A model generated the notes under the pieces. It was not told where the DNA came from. It saw nothing but the letters and a program-made list of their open reading frames with translations, and did no database searches. The translations under genes and the position numbers were made by a program. Source: a virus (Duplodnaviria; Heunggongvirae; Uroviricota; Caudoviricetes). Taken from it: a DNA stretch of 64,000 bases. How positions within the stretch are numbered: the first letter of the stretch is position 1; every line of letters starts with the position of its first letter. Location: positions 64,001 through 128,000 of IMG/VR virus record IMGVR_UViG_3300038345_000251, one strand, 5' to 3'. Shown here in pieces: positions 19,976 to 30,860 of the stretch.

Positions 19976-21857
19976 TTTCAATTATTTACAAAAAGAGTAC
20001 CTTAAGTGTTTTAGAGATAAATCACGCATTTATATGATACAAAATTATCTCAAAACATATGATGCTACACAAAAGAAACAAGTTAAATTTAATTTATTTC
20101 CAAGACAACAAGATTTATGTTGTATTTTAGGAAATGCAAATAACGTTGTTACAACAAAACCTCGTCAGGCAGGTATCACAACAACAGTTGGTGCTTTCAT
20201 TGCGTGTGAAATGTGTTTAGCAGACCCTGATTCACCACAAACAGTACTTGTAATTGGTAACACATTAGACCTTGCACAACAAATGGTAACAAAAATTCGT
20301 GAATTCCTTTTACAATTTCCTGCTTGGATGTGGGGTGATGAATACATTACGGATATGTCAAAATATAATTTACCACCAGACAAAAATGAGATTTTTAAAA
20401 TTTGTAATCAAAAAGAATTAGTTTTAAAAAATGGATGTAGAGTGGTTGCACGTTCATCTGGTCCTGATGCTTCTCGTGGTGTCGGTGGTGTTACTTGGCT
20501 TATCTTTGATGAAGCGGCATTCATTGAAAACGGTAAAGATGTGTATGCATCAGCAATTCCTACAGTATCTACTGGTGGTAAAGTGGTTATGGTGTCAACA
20601 CCAAATGGTAAAGACCAATTATATTATGAAACTTGTAGATTGGCTGAACTTAAAGGTACTGATAGATGGAACAACTTTGAACTTGTTAAAATGAAGTGGT
20701 ATCAAGACCCACGATATAATAAACATCTTCAATGGTACAGAAAAAATAATGAAGGACAAACAGAATTCTATAAAGAACCTTTATTAGATAAAGAAGGTAA
20801 TATTAAATATGACAATGAACATTGGGAAAAAATGGTTGAAGACGGTTGGAAACCTCGTTCACCTTGGTATATTACAATGTGTCAACAATTTAACAATGAC
20901 GAAGTTAAAATTGCACAGGAACTTGATGTGTCATTTCTTGGTTCTGCATCAAACGTTGTACCACCTGAAGCAATTGAAATGCAAGATGAACTAAATGTTA
21001 GAGTACCATTACCTAAAGACGGTGATGGTGATATGTTCCATCTTGAAGATACTTGGATTTGGAAACCACCTATTCCTGGACATAGATATGTAATGCCTAT
21101 TGACTGTTCAAGAGGCGATAGCGATGACCGTTCATCACTTCAAATCATTGACTTGGATGGTATTGACGATGATGGTAAACCTTGTACTGAACAAGTATTG
21201 GAATATAATGGTAAAATTACAGGTGATGATTTAGGCGAAATGGCATATTGGTATGGCTCATTATATGGTAATGCATTTTGCATTGTAGAATCAATCGGTG
21301 GTTATGGTGATGCGACAATTTTAACATTAATGAGATTAGGTTATAAAAACCTTTATTATGATGACCCTAATCTTAACAAATATACAATTCAAAGAGAACA
21401 ATCAACTATTCAACCTGGTACTGACGGTAAACTTCCTGGTTTCCATAGTAACGCTGTTCGTTTTCAAATGTTAAGCCATTTTGCAAATGCTATAAGAACT
21501 AATGAATTTAAGGTTAGAAGTAGAAGAGTTATTTCTGAACTTGATACTTGGATTTTTAAAAATGGTAGACAAGACCACCAAGATGGTTGTCACGATGATA
21601 ATATTACATGTTTAGCAATGGGATATTTTGTTGTGAAATTCTATTTAGGTGATATGGAAAGAGCAAAAGAAAGGGATGCAGCATTTCTTAGAGCGTGGAT
21701 TAATAGCACACAAAATGTTAAGCCGTACAATTTTAACAAAGAAAATCAAGAAATTTCAGCAGCACCTAAAAAAACATATTTACCAATATATAATAATAGA
21801 ACAATACAAAAAGTTGGGAATACGGTAATTGATAGTTATAGATGGTTATTAGTTTAA
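19968..21857 (+). CDS. terL: terminase large subunit (gp17-like)
   Basis: KPRQAGITT Walker A variant, LIFDEAAF Walker B, STPNG, nuclease IDCSRG..D and HDD. Confidence 0.93.
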   Translation: MIDFNYLQKEYLKCFRDKSRIYMIQNYLKTYDATQKKQVKFNLFPRQQDLCCILGNANNVVTTKPRQAGITTTVGAFIACEMCLADPDSPQTVLVIGNTLDLAQQMVTKIREFLLQFPAWMWGDEYITDMSKYNLPPDKNEIFKICNQKELVLKNGCRVVARSSGPDASRGVGGVTWLIFDEAAFIENGKDVYASAIPTVSTGGKVVMVSTPNGKDQLYYETCRLAELKGTDRWNNFELVKMKWYQDPRYNKHLQWYRKNNEGQTEFYKEPLLDKEGNIKYDNEHWEKMVEDGWKPRSPWYITMCQQFNNDEVKIAQELDVSFLGSASNVVPPEAIEMQDELNVRVPLPKDGDGDMFHLEDTWIWKPPIPGHRYVMPIDCSRGDSDDRSSLQIIDLDGIDDDGKPCTEQVLEYNGKITGDDLGEMAYWYGSLYGNAFCIVESIGGYGDATILTLMRLGYKNLYYDDPNLNKYTIQREQSTIQPGTDGKLPGFHSNAVRFQMLSHFANAIRTNEFKVRSRRVISELDTWIFKNGRQDHQDGCHDDNITCLAMGYFVVKFYLGDMERAKERDAAFLRAWINSTQNVKPYNFNKENQEISAAPKKTYLPIYNNRTIQKVGNTVIDSYRWLLV

Positions 21858-21862
21858 AAAGT

Positions 21863-21893
21863 AACGGCTAAGTAGTAAATACTTAGCCGTTTA
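21863..21893 (+). terminator. intrinsic terminator
   Basis: aacggctaagta-gtaaa-tacttagccgtt. Confidence 0.7.
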
Positions 21894-22041
21894 TGTTGTT
21901 TATCAAGAATATTCCTACCTAAGAAATAATCAGTTCCCCTTCCATACAACATATTTAAAGTGGGTATTTTTACTCACTTTTTTTTTGTTATATTATTCTT
22001 TAAATGAAACTATTTATAGTTATATAAATGTTTTTAATATT

Positions 22042-23172
22042 ATGACAAAGAGAACAGAAGAAATAAACAGTCTTTTTAGAAGAGTAAGAAGTTTACTTGG
22101 AGCACCTGTTCGTGCTGTTGAGTTGACTGATGACCAATTATGTGATTTACTTGAAATTTGTATTGAAGATTATTCAGAAAAAGTAAATAACTGGTTAATT
22201 GAAACACAATGGATGTCTCTTTATGGTAAAAAAGTTACAACACTTGATATGGCATTTGCTTTATCAACAAGAACTTTTGATATGATGAAAGACTATTCAT
22301 ATTGGTTTTCAAAACAAGTTGGGTTACAACAAGAAGGTCCTTGGGAACTTAAAAAAGACTTCTTTACAATTGAAAAAGGAAGACAGGTATATGTTGTTCC
22401 TTCAGGTAGAACAATCAATAAAGTAATGTATGTTAATCCTCCAACATCACAAGCAGCGTTATTTGCAAATTATGGTGGTATTGACATCGGTTTCGGTGGT
22501 GGTTATGGACAACTTGGTGGTGGTGCATATGGTCCTGTAGGTGGTTTTTATACAGCACCTGCTGCTGATGTTGCTTATCTTGCTACTGATTTACAGTATA
22601 AAAACAGACTTTTAAGATGTGATTTAACATATAAAGTAACTGCTGGTCCTAATGGAACACATTTAATTCATTTAATGTCAACACCTGGTAGTCCTTTATC
22701 ATTTGGTTTTGTCGGTGGTGTTGGACACGGTTTAGGTTTAGTTGGTTGTGAAGTTTGGTATACATATTATGATACAACAACAGCAGAAGAAGCAGATGAA
22801 TGTGCAAGAGCAAATGCAGGTAATGTTGTTTTAACTCCAGACCAGGTTCAGTTATCAACAATAGATTATGCATTCTTAAATGACCCAACAAAAACACTTG
22901 TCAGACAATTACTTGTTGCAAAAGCAAAACAGACACTTGGTTTAATTAGAGGTAAATTTAGTGGTAAAGTAAGTATTCCACAGGCAGAAATGACTATGGA
23001 TTATCAAACATTGATTCAGCAAGGTAAAGAAGAATGGGATGCTGCAATGAAAGGTCTTGTTGAAAGACTTGAACGTATGCACCCTGCTAATTTATTAGAA
23101 CAACAATCTAAGATAATGGAAAATACCTTGAACATTCAAAAACATATACCACTTCAAATTTATACTATATAA
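22042..23172 (+). CDS. neck/head-completion protein (gp13-like)
   Basis: LLGAPVRAVELTDDQL, AKQTLGLIRGKF; start moved to ATG 22042, downstream of the late motif at 22009. Confidence 0.75.
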   Translation: MTKRTEEINSLFRRVRSLLGAPVRAVELTDDQLCDLLEICIEDYSEKVNNWLIETQWMSLYGKKVTTLDMAFALSTRTFDMMKDYSYWFSKQVGLQQEGPWELKKDFFTIEKGRQVYVVPSGRTINKVMYVNPPTSQAALFANYGGIDIGFGGGYGQLGGGAYGPVGGFYTAPAADVAYLATDLQYKNRLLRCDLTYKVTAGPNGTHLIHLMSTPGSPLSFGFVGGVGHGLGLVGCEVWYTYYDTTTAEEADECARANAGNVVLTPDQVQLSTIDYAFLNDPTKTLVRQLLVAKAKQTLGLIRGKFSGKVSIPQAEMTMDYQTLIQQGKEEWDAAMKGLVERLERMHPANLLEQQSKIMENTLNIQKHIPLQIYTI

Positions 23173-23184
23173 AAAAATAAAATT

Positions 23185-23400
23185 ATGATAAAAAAAGAAT
23201 TCATTAAAGAAGCAAAAAAAATATACGGTAACAAATATGATTATAAAACAATAAAAGATGAAAAACTGGAACCATATAGTATGATTCCGATTATTTGTGA
23301 TAGACATGGTTTATTTTTCCAAACAGTATATGACCATTTAGACGGAAAAGGATGTTTTGAGTGTTATCGTAACAAAGAAAAATTGACAGATGATGAATAA
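23185..23400 (+). CDS. stand-alone single zinc-binding repeat protein
   Basis: EFIKEAKKIYGNKYDY...IICDRHGLFFQTVYDHLDGKGCFEC is one copy of the repeat found in 19010 and 50066. Confidence 0.65.
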   Translation: MIKKEFIKEAKKIYGNKYDYKTIKDEKLEPYSMIPIICDRHGLFFQTVYDHLDGKGCFECYRNKEKLTDDE

Positions 23401-23507
23401 TCTGTCAATTTTTTGATTATATTGACTTTATTGTTTTTTTGTAGTATATTGATACATAGAATAATTGTTTATAGGAAACTATTTATAATAAATAAATAAT
23501 AGATTTT

Positions 23508-25613
23508 ATGGCTGAAAAGAGAAACACGATATTTCATAATATATCAAATGTTTTATTTGGACAAAGTATTGCACCTGAAATGCAGAAGTTACCACCAACA
23601 GGAGGAATTACTTCAACAAACACAAACAGAGTGTTATATTCAACAAATAGTAAGGAAGATTATGAAAGAAAATTAACACAGTATAAACAACAAAAACTTT
23701 TATCTTATCAGTGGGCTAAAGCTGGTGCTGATAATGCAATGGAAAGTCTTGCAGGATATACTGCTGTTAAGTTAATGTATAGAGACGCTGATTTAATGGA
23801 TGAAATGCCTGAAATCGGTGCAGCACTTGACTTGATAAGTGAGGAAGCATGTGCATTCAATGGTGATGGTGAAATGGTACATGTTAAATCAAAATCAAAG
23901 AGAATTAAAGCAATTCTTGAAGATTTGTTTTATGAAAGATTAAACGTTAATGTAATGCTTCCTATGGTTGCAAGAAGTATGATTAAATATGGTAATGAAT
24001 TTATGCTTCTTAACATTGATGGTGATAGGAAAAACGGTGTTTTAGGTTGGAAAGAATTACCTGTTTATGAAATGGATAGAATCGAAAACGGTTACACTTC
24101 AGCAGCAGGTGTTATGCCAAATCAAGTTAATGATTTAAAACCTGATAAAACTGTTTTTGTGTGGGTTGGACATAATGAATCACTTCCTTATCAAAATTGG
24201 CAAGTAGCACACTTTAGATTGCTCAAAAACTCTTTATTCTTACCTTATGGTGTATCACATTTACATAAAGCAAGACGTGCTTGGAGAATGTGGAGTATGA
24301 TGGAAGATGGTATGCTTATTTATCGTCTTGATAAAAGTATTGAAAGACGTGTATTTAAAGTATTTGTCGGTGCTATTGATGACCAAGATGTACCTGCTTT
24401 CATTCAGGAATTCGCAAATAATTTTAAGAGAACACCAATTATTGACCCTGCAACAGGACAAGTTGATTTAAGAAAGAACTTTCTTGATGTTTCAAGTGAT
24501 TATTTTATTCCTGTAAGAGACCCTTCTGCACCTACGCCTATTGAAACACTTCAAAGTGCACAGAATCCTACTGCAATGGATGATATTAAATATATGCAAA
24601 ACAAAGTATTTGCTGCTTTACGTGTACCAAAAGCATTTCTTAATTATGAACAAGCACAAGGTAAGGGACAAAATATGTCATTACTTGACATAAGATTTGC
24701 ACGTATGGTTAATTCAATGCAACAGTTCTTATTATTAGAACTTAATAAAATTGCAATGATTCACTTGTTCTTTATGGGTCTTTCAGATGAAATTACTAAT
24801 TTCACGTTATCAATGAATAACCCATCAGCACAAATTGAAGCACTTGAACTTGAAGATATTACCAAACGTATTCAGACAGCAACAGCTGCTGTTACTGACC
24901 CAGGTACAGGTATTCCTCTTATGTCAATGCATAAGGCTATGAAGAAAATCTTAAAGATGTCAGATGCTGAAATTAAAGATATGTTTCTTGAAATACGTCT
25001 AGAAAAAGCAATGGCTGCTGAGTTGGAACAAACAGCAATGATTATTAAGAAAACTGGTATTTTCGATAGTGTTGATAGAATTTATGGTGATTTTAATGCT
25101 ATGAATGGACAACAGATGCAACAACAACAGCAACAAGATGGTATGGGTGGTGGTGCACCTGGTGGAGCAGCTGGTGGTTTTGAAGGTGGTTCATTGAATA
25201 TGGATTCATTAGGCGGTGCTGGTACTGAAGATATGCCTGATATGGGTGGAGAAGAATCATCAGTTGATATGTCACAAGCACCAGACCTTGATAATGGTGG
25301 ACCAACGGAATCAAAAGCATCAAAACCGACATTAAATGAAAAGAAAAAGGAAAGAATTAAATCATTTACTGAAAGATATTTTGAAAGATTAAATGAGGGT
25401 ATTAAAGAAGACCCTGATTATGTTGAAGAAGTGATTGATTTTGAAGGTAAAAATGTAACGATTAATGAAAAAGTTAACAGAATATTTGATAAGATAAACA
25501 ATATTATTGTTGAAAACGAATATAACGGACAAGATTCATTAGATGATACAGGATTAACTGAAAGTGCTTTCGATAAAGATTTCTATAATGAAATTGAAAA
25601 TGAAGAGGAATAA
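23508..25613 (+). CDS. portal vertex protein (gp20-like)
   Basis: MEDGMLIYRL...ERRVFKVFVG, DYFIPVR, DDIKYMQNKVFAALRVPKAFL, DIRFAR; low-complexity C-terminal tail. Confidence 0.92.
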   Translation: MAEKRNTIFHNISNVLFGQSIAPEMQKLPPTGGITSTNTNRVLYSTNSKEDYERKLTQYKQQKLLSYQWAKAGADNAMESLAGYTAVKLMYRDADLMDEMPEIGAALDLISEEACAFNGDGEMVHVKSKSKRIKAILEDLFYERLNVNVMLPMVARSMIKYGNEFMLLNIDGDRKNGVLGWKELPVYEMDRIENGYTSAAGVMPNQVNDLKPDKTVFVWVGHNESLPYQNWQVAHFRLLKNSLFLPYGVSHLHKARRAWRMWSMMEDGMLIYRLDKSIERRVFKVFVGAIDDQDVPAFIQEFANNFKRTPIIDPATGQVDLRKNFLDVSSDYFIPVRDPSAPTPIETLQSAQNPTAMDDIKYMQNKVFAALRVPKAFLNYEQAQGKGQNMSLLDIRFARMVNSMQQFLLLELNKIAMIHLFFMGLSDEITNFTLSMNNPSAQIEALELEDITKRIQTATAAVTDPGTGIPLMSMHKAMKKILKMSDAEIKDMFLEIRLEKAMAAELEQTAMIIKKTGIFDSVDRIYGDFNAMNGQQMQQQQQQDGMGGGAPGGAAGGFEGGSLNMDSLGGAGTEDMPDMGGEESSVDMSQAPDLDNGGPTESKASKPTLNEKKKERIKSFTERYFERLNEGIKEDPDYVEEVIDFEGKNVTINEKVNRIFDKINNIIVENEYNGQDSLDDTGLTESAFDKDFYNEIENEEE

Positions 25614-25637
25614 ACTATTTATAAAGAAAATAATGTT

Positions 25638-26543
25638 ATGAACGAAGAATATATAAATACACTCAAAACGCTTGATGCTATTGAAGAATATAGAAAGAAA
25701 GTAAACGAAGCATGTGACAAACGTTCTGAAAGAGTTAAGTTATTAACAAAGGGATTTGAATTATCACAAATGCCTTTTGGGTATATTAAAGAATGTTTTG
25801 AAAATTTTGCACCTGTTTTATTTAATACTAAAGAAGGAAGAAAACTCATTAAAAAATACACAAATGAAGTTAAAAACAACCATACTTTAAGTACTTTACA
25901 TACAATTTACGAAAACATAAGAAAAACAAGTAAAGATTCAGACGTTGATTTCTTAATTAATAGTATTGTTAATGAAAATGTGAACTTGTCTCAAAAAACA
26001 GTTAAAACTGTTACTGAATCTTTAGGAAAAATTCTTGCAGAAGCATACCTTTATATTGGTAAAGAAGCAAATGAATTGATTCCTGAAGAAAAACAAAATT
26101 TAGACAATGCTATAAAATATATCACAGAAAATAAAAAACACATTAAAAATTTATCTAGTTTCAGTTCAGCAGTACAAGTAATTCGTGAAGAAATTGAAAA
26201 ACATGATGGTGTTAACGAATTCAAAACAAAAGATATTGATGCTATTGCTAATGAATTGATGAGAGAGTTTAATGAAAAATATAACGATAAATTATCTAAT
26301 GATGAAAAGAAAATGATAAAAGAACTTGCTGAAAATAATGATAAAGAATCTGTTTTTAACAAGTATAAAGAACTTTGTGTAAATAAGATTTCTGAAGCAA
26401 AAGAAACTTATAAAAAAGAAGGTGATGTACAATCATTAGATAGATTACAATCAATATTCGAACAGGTTAACAAAAAAGTTTTTACAGAAGATACAGTAGA
26501 AAAAGATATTTGTAATTTTATTGAAATAGCATCTATATTTTAA
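25638..26543 (+). CDS. hypothetical helical protein, probably head-related
   Basis: 301 aa after the portal gene; late motif at 25614. Confidence 0.6.
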   Translation: MNEEYINTLKTLDAIEEYRKKVNEACDKRSERVKLLTKGFELSQMPFGYIKECFENFAPVLFNTKEGRKLIKKYTNEVKNNHTLSTLHTIYENIRKTSKDSDVDFLINSIVNENVNLSQKTVKTVTESLGKILAEAYLYIGKEANELIPEEKQNLDNAIKYITENKKHIKNLSSFSSAVQVIREEIEKHDGVNEFKTKDIDAIANELMREFNEKYNDKLSNDEKKMIKELAENNDKESVFNKYKELCVNKISEAKETYKKEGDVQSLDRLQSIFEQVNKKVFTEDTVEKDICNFIEIASIF

Positions 26544-26545
26544 CC

Positions 26546-27253
26546 ATGAAACTTGTTTTAACAGAACAACAATATAATAAATTAAAAGAATATTATTTAG
26601 TTGAATCGTATATAGGTTCAATTAATGAATCATTTAGTTTACCTATGTTATGGAAAAAATATAAGCATTTAATTATGGTCGGTATTTCTACTGCTGCTAT
26701 AATCGCTTCAATTAATGCACTTAATATAAACCAAAATGATAAATTAAAATTATTAGATTTAGTTAATACGGAAATGAAACAAGATACTAATTTTAACCAA
26801 AAAGTTGAAGCAGTGAAAAATTATATGGCAACTGCTGCAAAAAATCAGGGATTTAACCCAGAAGACATACAATTAACGCCTGAAGAAATGATTAATGCTT
26901 GTAATGAAACAGGTTTTGATTTACCGCTTTTAATGGCACAAGCACATCTTGAAAGTTGTTTTGGTTTGACTAAACGAGCACAAAAAACAAATAGTGTATT
27001 TTCTGTTGGTTGTTGGGACAATGGACAAAACAAAAAGACATATTCAACGCAAAATTCGTCAATTAGACCATACATTCAGTTACTCCAAAACAATTATTTA
27101 CAGCAAGGAAAGAAAACATTGGATGATATTCTTAAACCAAATGGGTTTGTTAATCATCAAGGTAACAGATATGCATCTGATACAAAATATGAAAGTAAAC
27201 TTAATTCAATAAGAAATAGAATTTTAAAGAATTATCCAATATTAGGACAATAA
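26546..27253 (+). CDS. glucosaminidase-like (GH73/FlgJ-type) peptidoglycan hydrolase with leader motif
   Basis: LMAQAHLESCFG, NSVFSVG, YASDTKYESKL; starts MKLVLTEQQYNKLKE; hydrophobic segment near residues 42-58. Confidence 0.75.
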   Translation: MKLVLTEQQYNKLKEYYLVESYIGSINESFSLPMLWKKYKHLIMVGISTAAIIASINALNINQNDKLKLLDLVNTEMKQDTNFNQKVEAVKNYMATAAKNQGFNPEDIQLTPEEMINACNETGFDLPLLMAQAHLESCFGLTKRAQKTNSVFSVGCWDNGQNKKTYSTQNSSIRPYIQLLQNNYLQQGKKTLDDILKPNGFVNHQGNRYASDTKYESKLNSIRNRILKNYPILGQ

Positions 27254-27286
27254 AAAAGGGAACTAAATCAGTTCCCTTTTCTTTTT
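27253..27286. terminator. bidirectional terminator
   Basis: aaaagggaact-aaatc-agttccctttt between convergent genes. Confidence 0.7.
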
Positions 27287-27675
27287 TATTCTTTTACGTA
27301 GATTAATAATTTTTCTTCAACTGGAACTCTAAAACTTCCTTCTAAAAATGATTCACCTTCTTGTGTAAGGTTTCCGTTAAACGTAATATCAAACCAACCT
27401 TCGTAAATTCCAACTTCTTTTACATCCCTTGGTTTCCAAGTATATTGTAAAAGATATTTTTCTTCACATCCATCAGTTTTAGCCAATACAATATCAGCAT
27501 GTGCTTTTGATACTTTTAAAAGCCCTGTTTCAGTGTTTTTCATACTGAAAGTTACATTTGCATCTAAAAGTGAATATTCTATTAATGATTTTCTATAATC
27601 ATATCTACCATCATTAATAACTTCCATTCTAAGTTTATTGTTTACAGAACCTTGTCTTATATAAAACTCTTGCAT
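27286..27675 (-). CDS. putative baseplate/virion structural protein (BppU-like)
   Basis: FYIRQG, VTFSM, LQYTW...D....G.YEGWFDITF pattern; late motif at 27695. Confidence 0.5.
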   Translation of the reverse strand: MQEFYIRQGSVNNKLRMEVINDGRYDYRKSLIEYSLLDANVTFSMKNTETGLLKVSKAHADIVLAKTDGCEEKYLLQYTWKPRDVKEVGIYEGWFDITFNGNLTQEGESFLEGSFRVPVEEKLLIYVKE

Positions 27676-27706
27676 TTCTTAAAGTATTTTATTAATAAAT
27701 AGTGTT

Positions 27707-28156
27707 TTAATCCTTTTTAGACTTAAAAATATCGTAACCATATTGATTAAATAAATCTTTAATTAGTTTAGTATCATATGTTGTATGTTGTTTAAGATAA
27801 TTTACCACATTTGTAAAATTTCCTTCTTTATTAAGAACTTTAACCGATGGTTTCAGAAACATTTGAAATGAAAGGAATGACTTTTTGTTTACCTTAATCC
27901 ATTCATCTGCTACGTCAACAAAAAGCATATATTCTTTCTTAAAATTTTCATCTTCATTAACAGTTGTTTTTATTAAATCATCAAATGTATCTTTTATCTT
28001 TTTTATATCATTTTTATAATTTTCTTTTTCTTTTGTAGGTTTAATGTAGAAACCGCCTTCAAGATATATTACATCGGGATATTTTTTATCAATTGTTCCA
28101 ATTTTTAATTTCATATCATCATCGTTCAATTTTATTACACTTCCAATTTTTTTCAT
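27707..28156 (-). CDS. hypothetical protein
   Basis: Likely start MKKIGS at 28156. Confidence 0.6.
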   Translation of the reverse strand: MKKIGSVIKLNDDDMKLKIGTIDKKYPDVIYLEGGFYIKPTKEKENYKNDIKKIKDTFDDLIKTTVNEDENFKKEYMLFVDVADEWIKVNKKSFLSFQMFLKPSVKVLNKEGNFTNVVNYLKQHTTYDTKLIKDLFNQYGYDIFKSKKD

Positions 28157-28257
28157 ATTAACTAATATTTTTTTATAATATAAAAAAAATATTGAATTTG
28201 TCAAGGGGTCGATTGAAGAAAAATCAACTATTTATAAGTAATAAACGAATTTTTAAT

Positions 28258-29769
28258 ATGATAAGACATTTTTTCTTAGATAAAACAAATACAATTTACA
28301 AAAATGTTCCATTGGCAAACGTTGGTTTAAATCCTGTTTTAGAGTTAAACTATGGTAGTGGATTACTTAGTCGTGGTCTTATTCATTTTGATGAAACAGA
28401 GATTTTAAAACTTGTGGAAGATAAAACATTTGCTGATTTATCAAAATTGACATTTAAATTAAGAATGACAAACTGTTTTTCAGTTGACGGTTATCCATAT
28501 GAAAAAATTTTAAAAAATGGTTTGGTATTAAGACAAAGAGCAACATCATTTGATTTAATTGCGCTTCGTTTGCCTTGTGATTTTGATGGTGGTAGAGGAT
28601 TCAGTTATGTTAGCGATTTTTGGATTAACAATAATCGTGAATTAAGTACAGAAGGTTCAAATTGGAATTATTGTGAAAACGGTAAAGTATGGCCTGTAGA
28701 TGAAGATAAGATTGACCTTACTAATCCTAATCTTAACTTTGTTGGTAAAGATATTTGGTATATGAGTGGTAATACAAGAGTAAGAATCAATCTTGAAGGT
28801 GGTGTATATTCAGATGAAGAAATTAAAAATGAAGTTGCTTTGTTTAATAGTGGGGCAAGTTCATTAATACTTGATGTACAACATTTCGATTTTGGACACG
28901 AAAATCTTAATTTAGATATTACCGATTATGTAATGGATATTATTAATGGTACACCTAATTATGGTATTATGTTAATGTTTACACCAAGATTTGAGGAAAA
29001 TAAAATAGAAATGCCACAATATGTTGGTTTCTTTACTGACCATACAAATACATTTTTTCATCCATATGTTGAATGTATCTATTGTGAATCAATAAATGAT
29101 AGTAGAGCAACATTTTGTTCAGGTAAAGAAAATAAACTTTATCTTTACACAAACATTGATGGTATTCCACAAAATCTTGATGAATTACCAACATGTACAA
29201 TAAACGAAACTTCTTATCCTGTAAAACAGGCTCAAAAAGGCGTTTATTATGCTGTTATTTCAGGTTTGAGTGAAGATGTGGATAATGAGACTATTTTATA
29301 TGATACGTGGGGAAATTTGGTTTTAAATGGGGAAAGAATCGAAGATGTTGAACTTGAATTTGAAGTACAGCCAATGAAACGTTTCATTTCAATTGGTAAT
29401 GTTGTTAGTACAAAAGAATCTTTAGTCCCTGACGTGTATGGAATCAATGATGCAGAAGACTTACATAGAGGTGAAATTAGAGAAGTAACTGTTGATTTCA
29501 GAAAAGAATTTGAGACAGATAAAATGGCTTTAATTGATAGTGGTGAATATAGAATCTATATTATGGATGGAAATAGAGAACTTACTGTTTTCGATTATCA
29601 ACCAATTGAAAAAGGGTTTTTAAAGAACTTCTTTGTAGTTTATACAGAAGATTTAATACCAAATGATTATTATGTTGATATTAAAGTAAAATCTGGTAGA
29701 GAAATCAAATACTATAAAAAAGTTTTAAAATTTGGAGTTGTAAGTGATGTAACAGAAAGATATGAATAA
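28258..29769 (+). CDS. putative virion structural protein
   Basis: Beta-rich; LNLDITDYV..I.NG.PNYGIML pattern; start at ATG 28258 after the late motif at 28227. Confidence 0.6.
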   Translation: MIRHFFLDKTNTIYKNVPLANVGLNPVLELNYGSGLLSRGLIHFDETEILKLVEDKTFADLSKLTFKLRMTNCFSVDGYPYEKILKNGLVLRQRATSFDLIALRLPCDFDGGRGFSYVSDFWINNNRELSTEGSNWNYCENGKVWPVDEDKIDLTNPNLNFVGKDIWYMSGNTRVRINLEGGVYSDEEIKNEVALFNSGASSLILDVQHFDFGHENLNLDITDYVMDIINGTPNYGIMLMFTPRFEENKIEMPQYVGFFTDHTNTFFHPYVECIYCESINDSRATFCSGKENKLYLYTNIDGIPQNLDELPTCTINETSYPVKQAQKGVYYAVISGLSEDVDNETILYDTWGNLVLNGERIEDVELEFEVQPMKRFISIGNVVSTKESLVPDVYGINDAEDLHRGEIREVTVDFRKEFETDKMALIDSGEYRIYIMDGNRELTVFDYQPIEKGFLKNFFVVYTEDLIPNDYYVDIKVKSGREIKYYKKVLKFGVVSDVTERYE

Positions 29770-29796
29770 AATAAAAGCCTCAAAGAAATTTGAGGC

Positions 29797-30672
29797 TTAA
29801 TTTATTCTAATACTATTTGAAAGAATTTTTGTTAAATCATAATTTTGAAGATTTACAATATCATCTGTTACACATGGTATCATTGTTGGATATGGATGAA
29901 CATGATTGACAAAGGCTTTGACAAACATCTTCAAAAATTCAATTAATTTATCACCATATGGTAATTCATGTGCTTTTTCAATAAGTTCTTTTAATTTTTC
30001 ATCTGTAATAAGGTCTTCGCTGTCTGCTGTAATAATATTTCCGTCTTTAGGTACATTACCTAAAAGCAATACCTTATCTGCAACAATTGCAGCAGTACTA
30101 TTATAACTGTCATTGTCTGCTTGTTGTTGTTCTGGATTATATCTTAACTTAACAAATGCTGAATTTTTACTATTGAATTCTACTTCTCTTGGGTTTTTAT
30201 CATTAACTAATTTAGTACCACTTCTAAGTCTTACATCGTTTTCAGTTAATATAATATCTGAATATTTTCTACCTAAAATTGCGACATCTTCTTTTTTGGG
30301 GTAAGCACCTTTTGTTTCAGGTTTCAAAGTATCACCAACCATAGGAGATATTCTTGAACCAGGGAATGTTGCTGTTGCAAACAAATGAAATGGGTCATCA
30401 TACAAAAAATCTTTTTGTGAAATAATTGGACCTATATATCTTCTTAAACTTGTAGCATCATTTGCATTACGTAAATCAACATATACTGCTTCACCAACCT
30501 TTGGCATTACGTGAAACATTTTAGGTAATAATGGATAAGCAAACGGAAGTTCCGAATCACGAAGAGGGTTATCTTCAGGTGTTAATCTAACTTTGATTCT
30601 ACCTGCATCGTTTTCATCGTCAATACTTATCACTTCGCATATTCTGAATCCTGAAATATCATATGCACCCAT
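29797..30672 (-). CDS. baseplate hub/spike protein (gp5/gpV-like OB fold)
   Basis: VISIDDENDAGRIKVRL, LPFAYPLLP, PKVGEAVYV; C-terminal NHVHP metal-binding tip motif. Confidence 0.75.
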   Translation of the reverse strand: MGAYDISGFRICEVISIDDENDAGRIKVRLTPEDNPLRDSELPFAYPLLPKMFHVMPKVGEAVYVDLRNANDATSLRRYIGPIISQKDFLYDDPFHLFATATFPGSRISPMVGDTLKPETKGAYPKKEDVAILGRKYSDIILTENDVRLRSGTKLVNDKNPREVEFNSKNSAFVKLRYNPEQQQADNDSYNSTAAIVADKVLLLGNVPKDGNIITADSEDLITDEKLKELIEKAHELPYGDKLIEFLKMFVKAFVNHVHPYPTMIPCVTDDIVNLQNYDLTKILSNSIRIN

Positions 30673-30674
30673 TT

Positions 30675-30860
30675 TTAATATAATTTTTTACCTCTTATTT
30701 TTAATTCATTATCAACTTTGTTATATTCTTTTTCGATTTTTTCAAGTTCATCACAAAGTCTATCTATTTTACCCTGTATTGCTTCAAATTCATCAGATAA
30801 TTCTTTTTTGTAGATGATAAGTTCGTTATTACTTAATTCATCAATTTTTTTTGTTTTCAT
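30675..30860 (-). CDS. small coiled-coil protein
   Basis: 61-aa ORF coupled within the operon. Confidence 0.55.
   Translation of the reverse strand: MKTKKIDELSNNELIIYKKELSDEFEAIQGKIDRLCDELEKIEKEYNKVDNELKIRGKKLY

Noticed and set aside
20155-20185. Terminase Walker A lacking the usual Lys (RQAGITT) as a sign of inactivation
   Set aside because: All other motifs are intact and, from recollection, RQxGI(S/T)T variants occur in large-phage terminases
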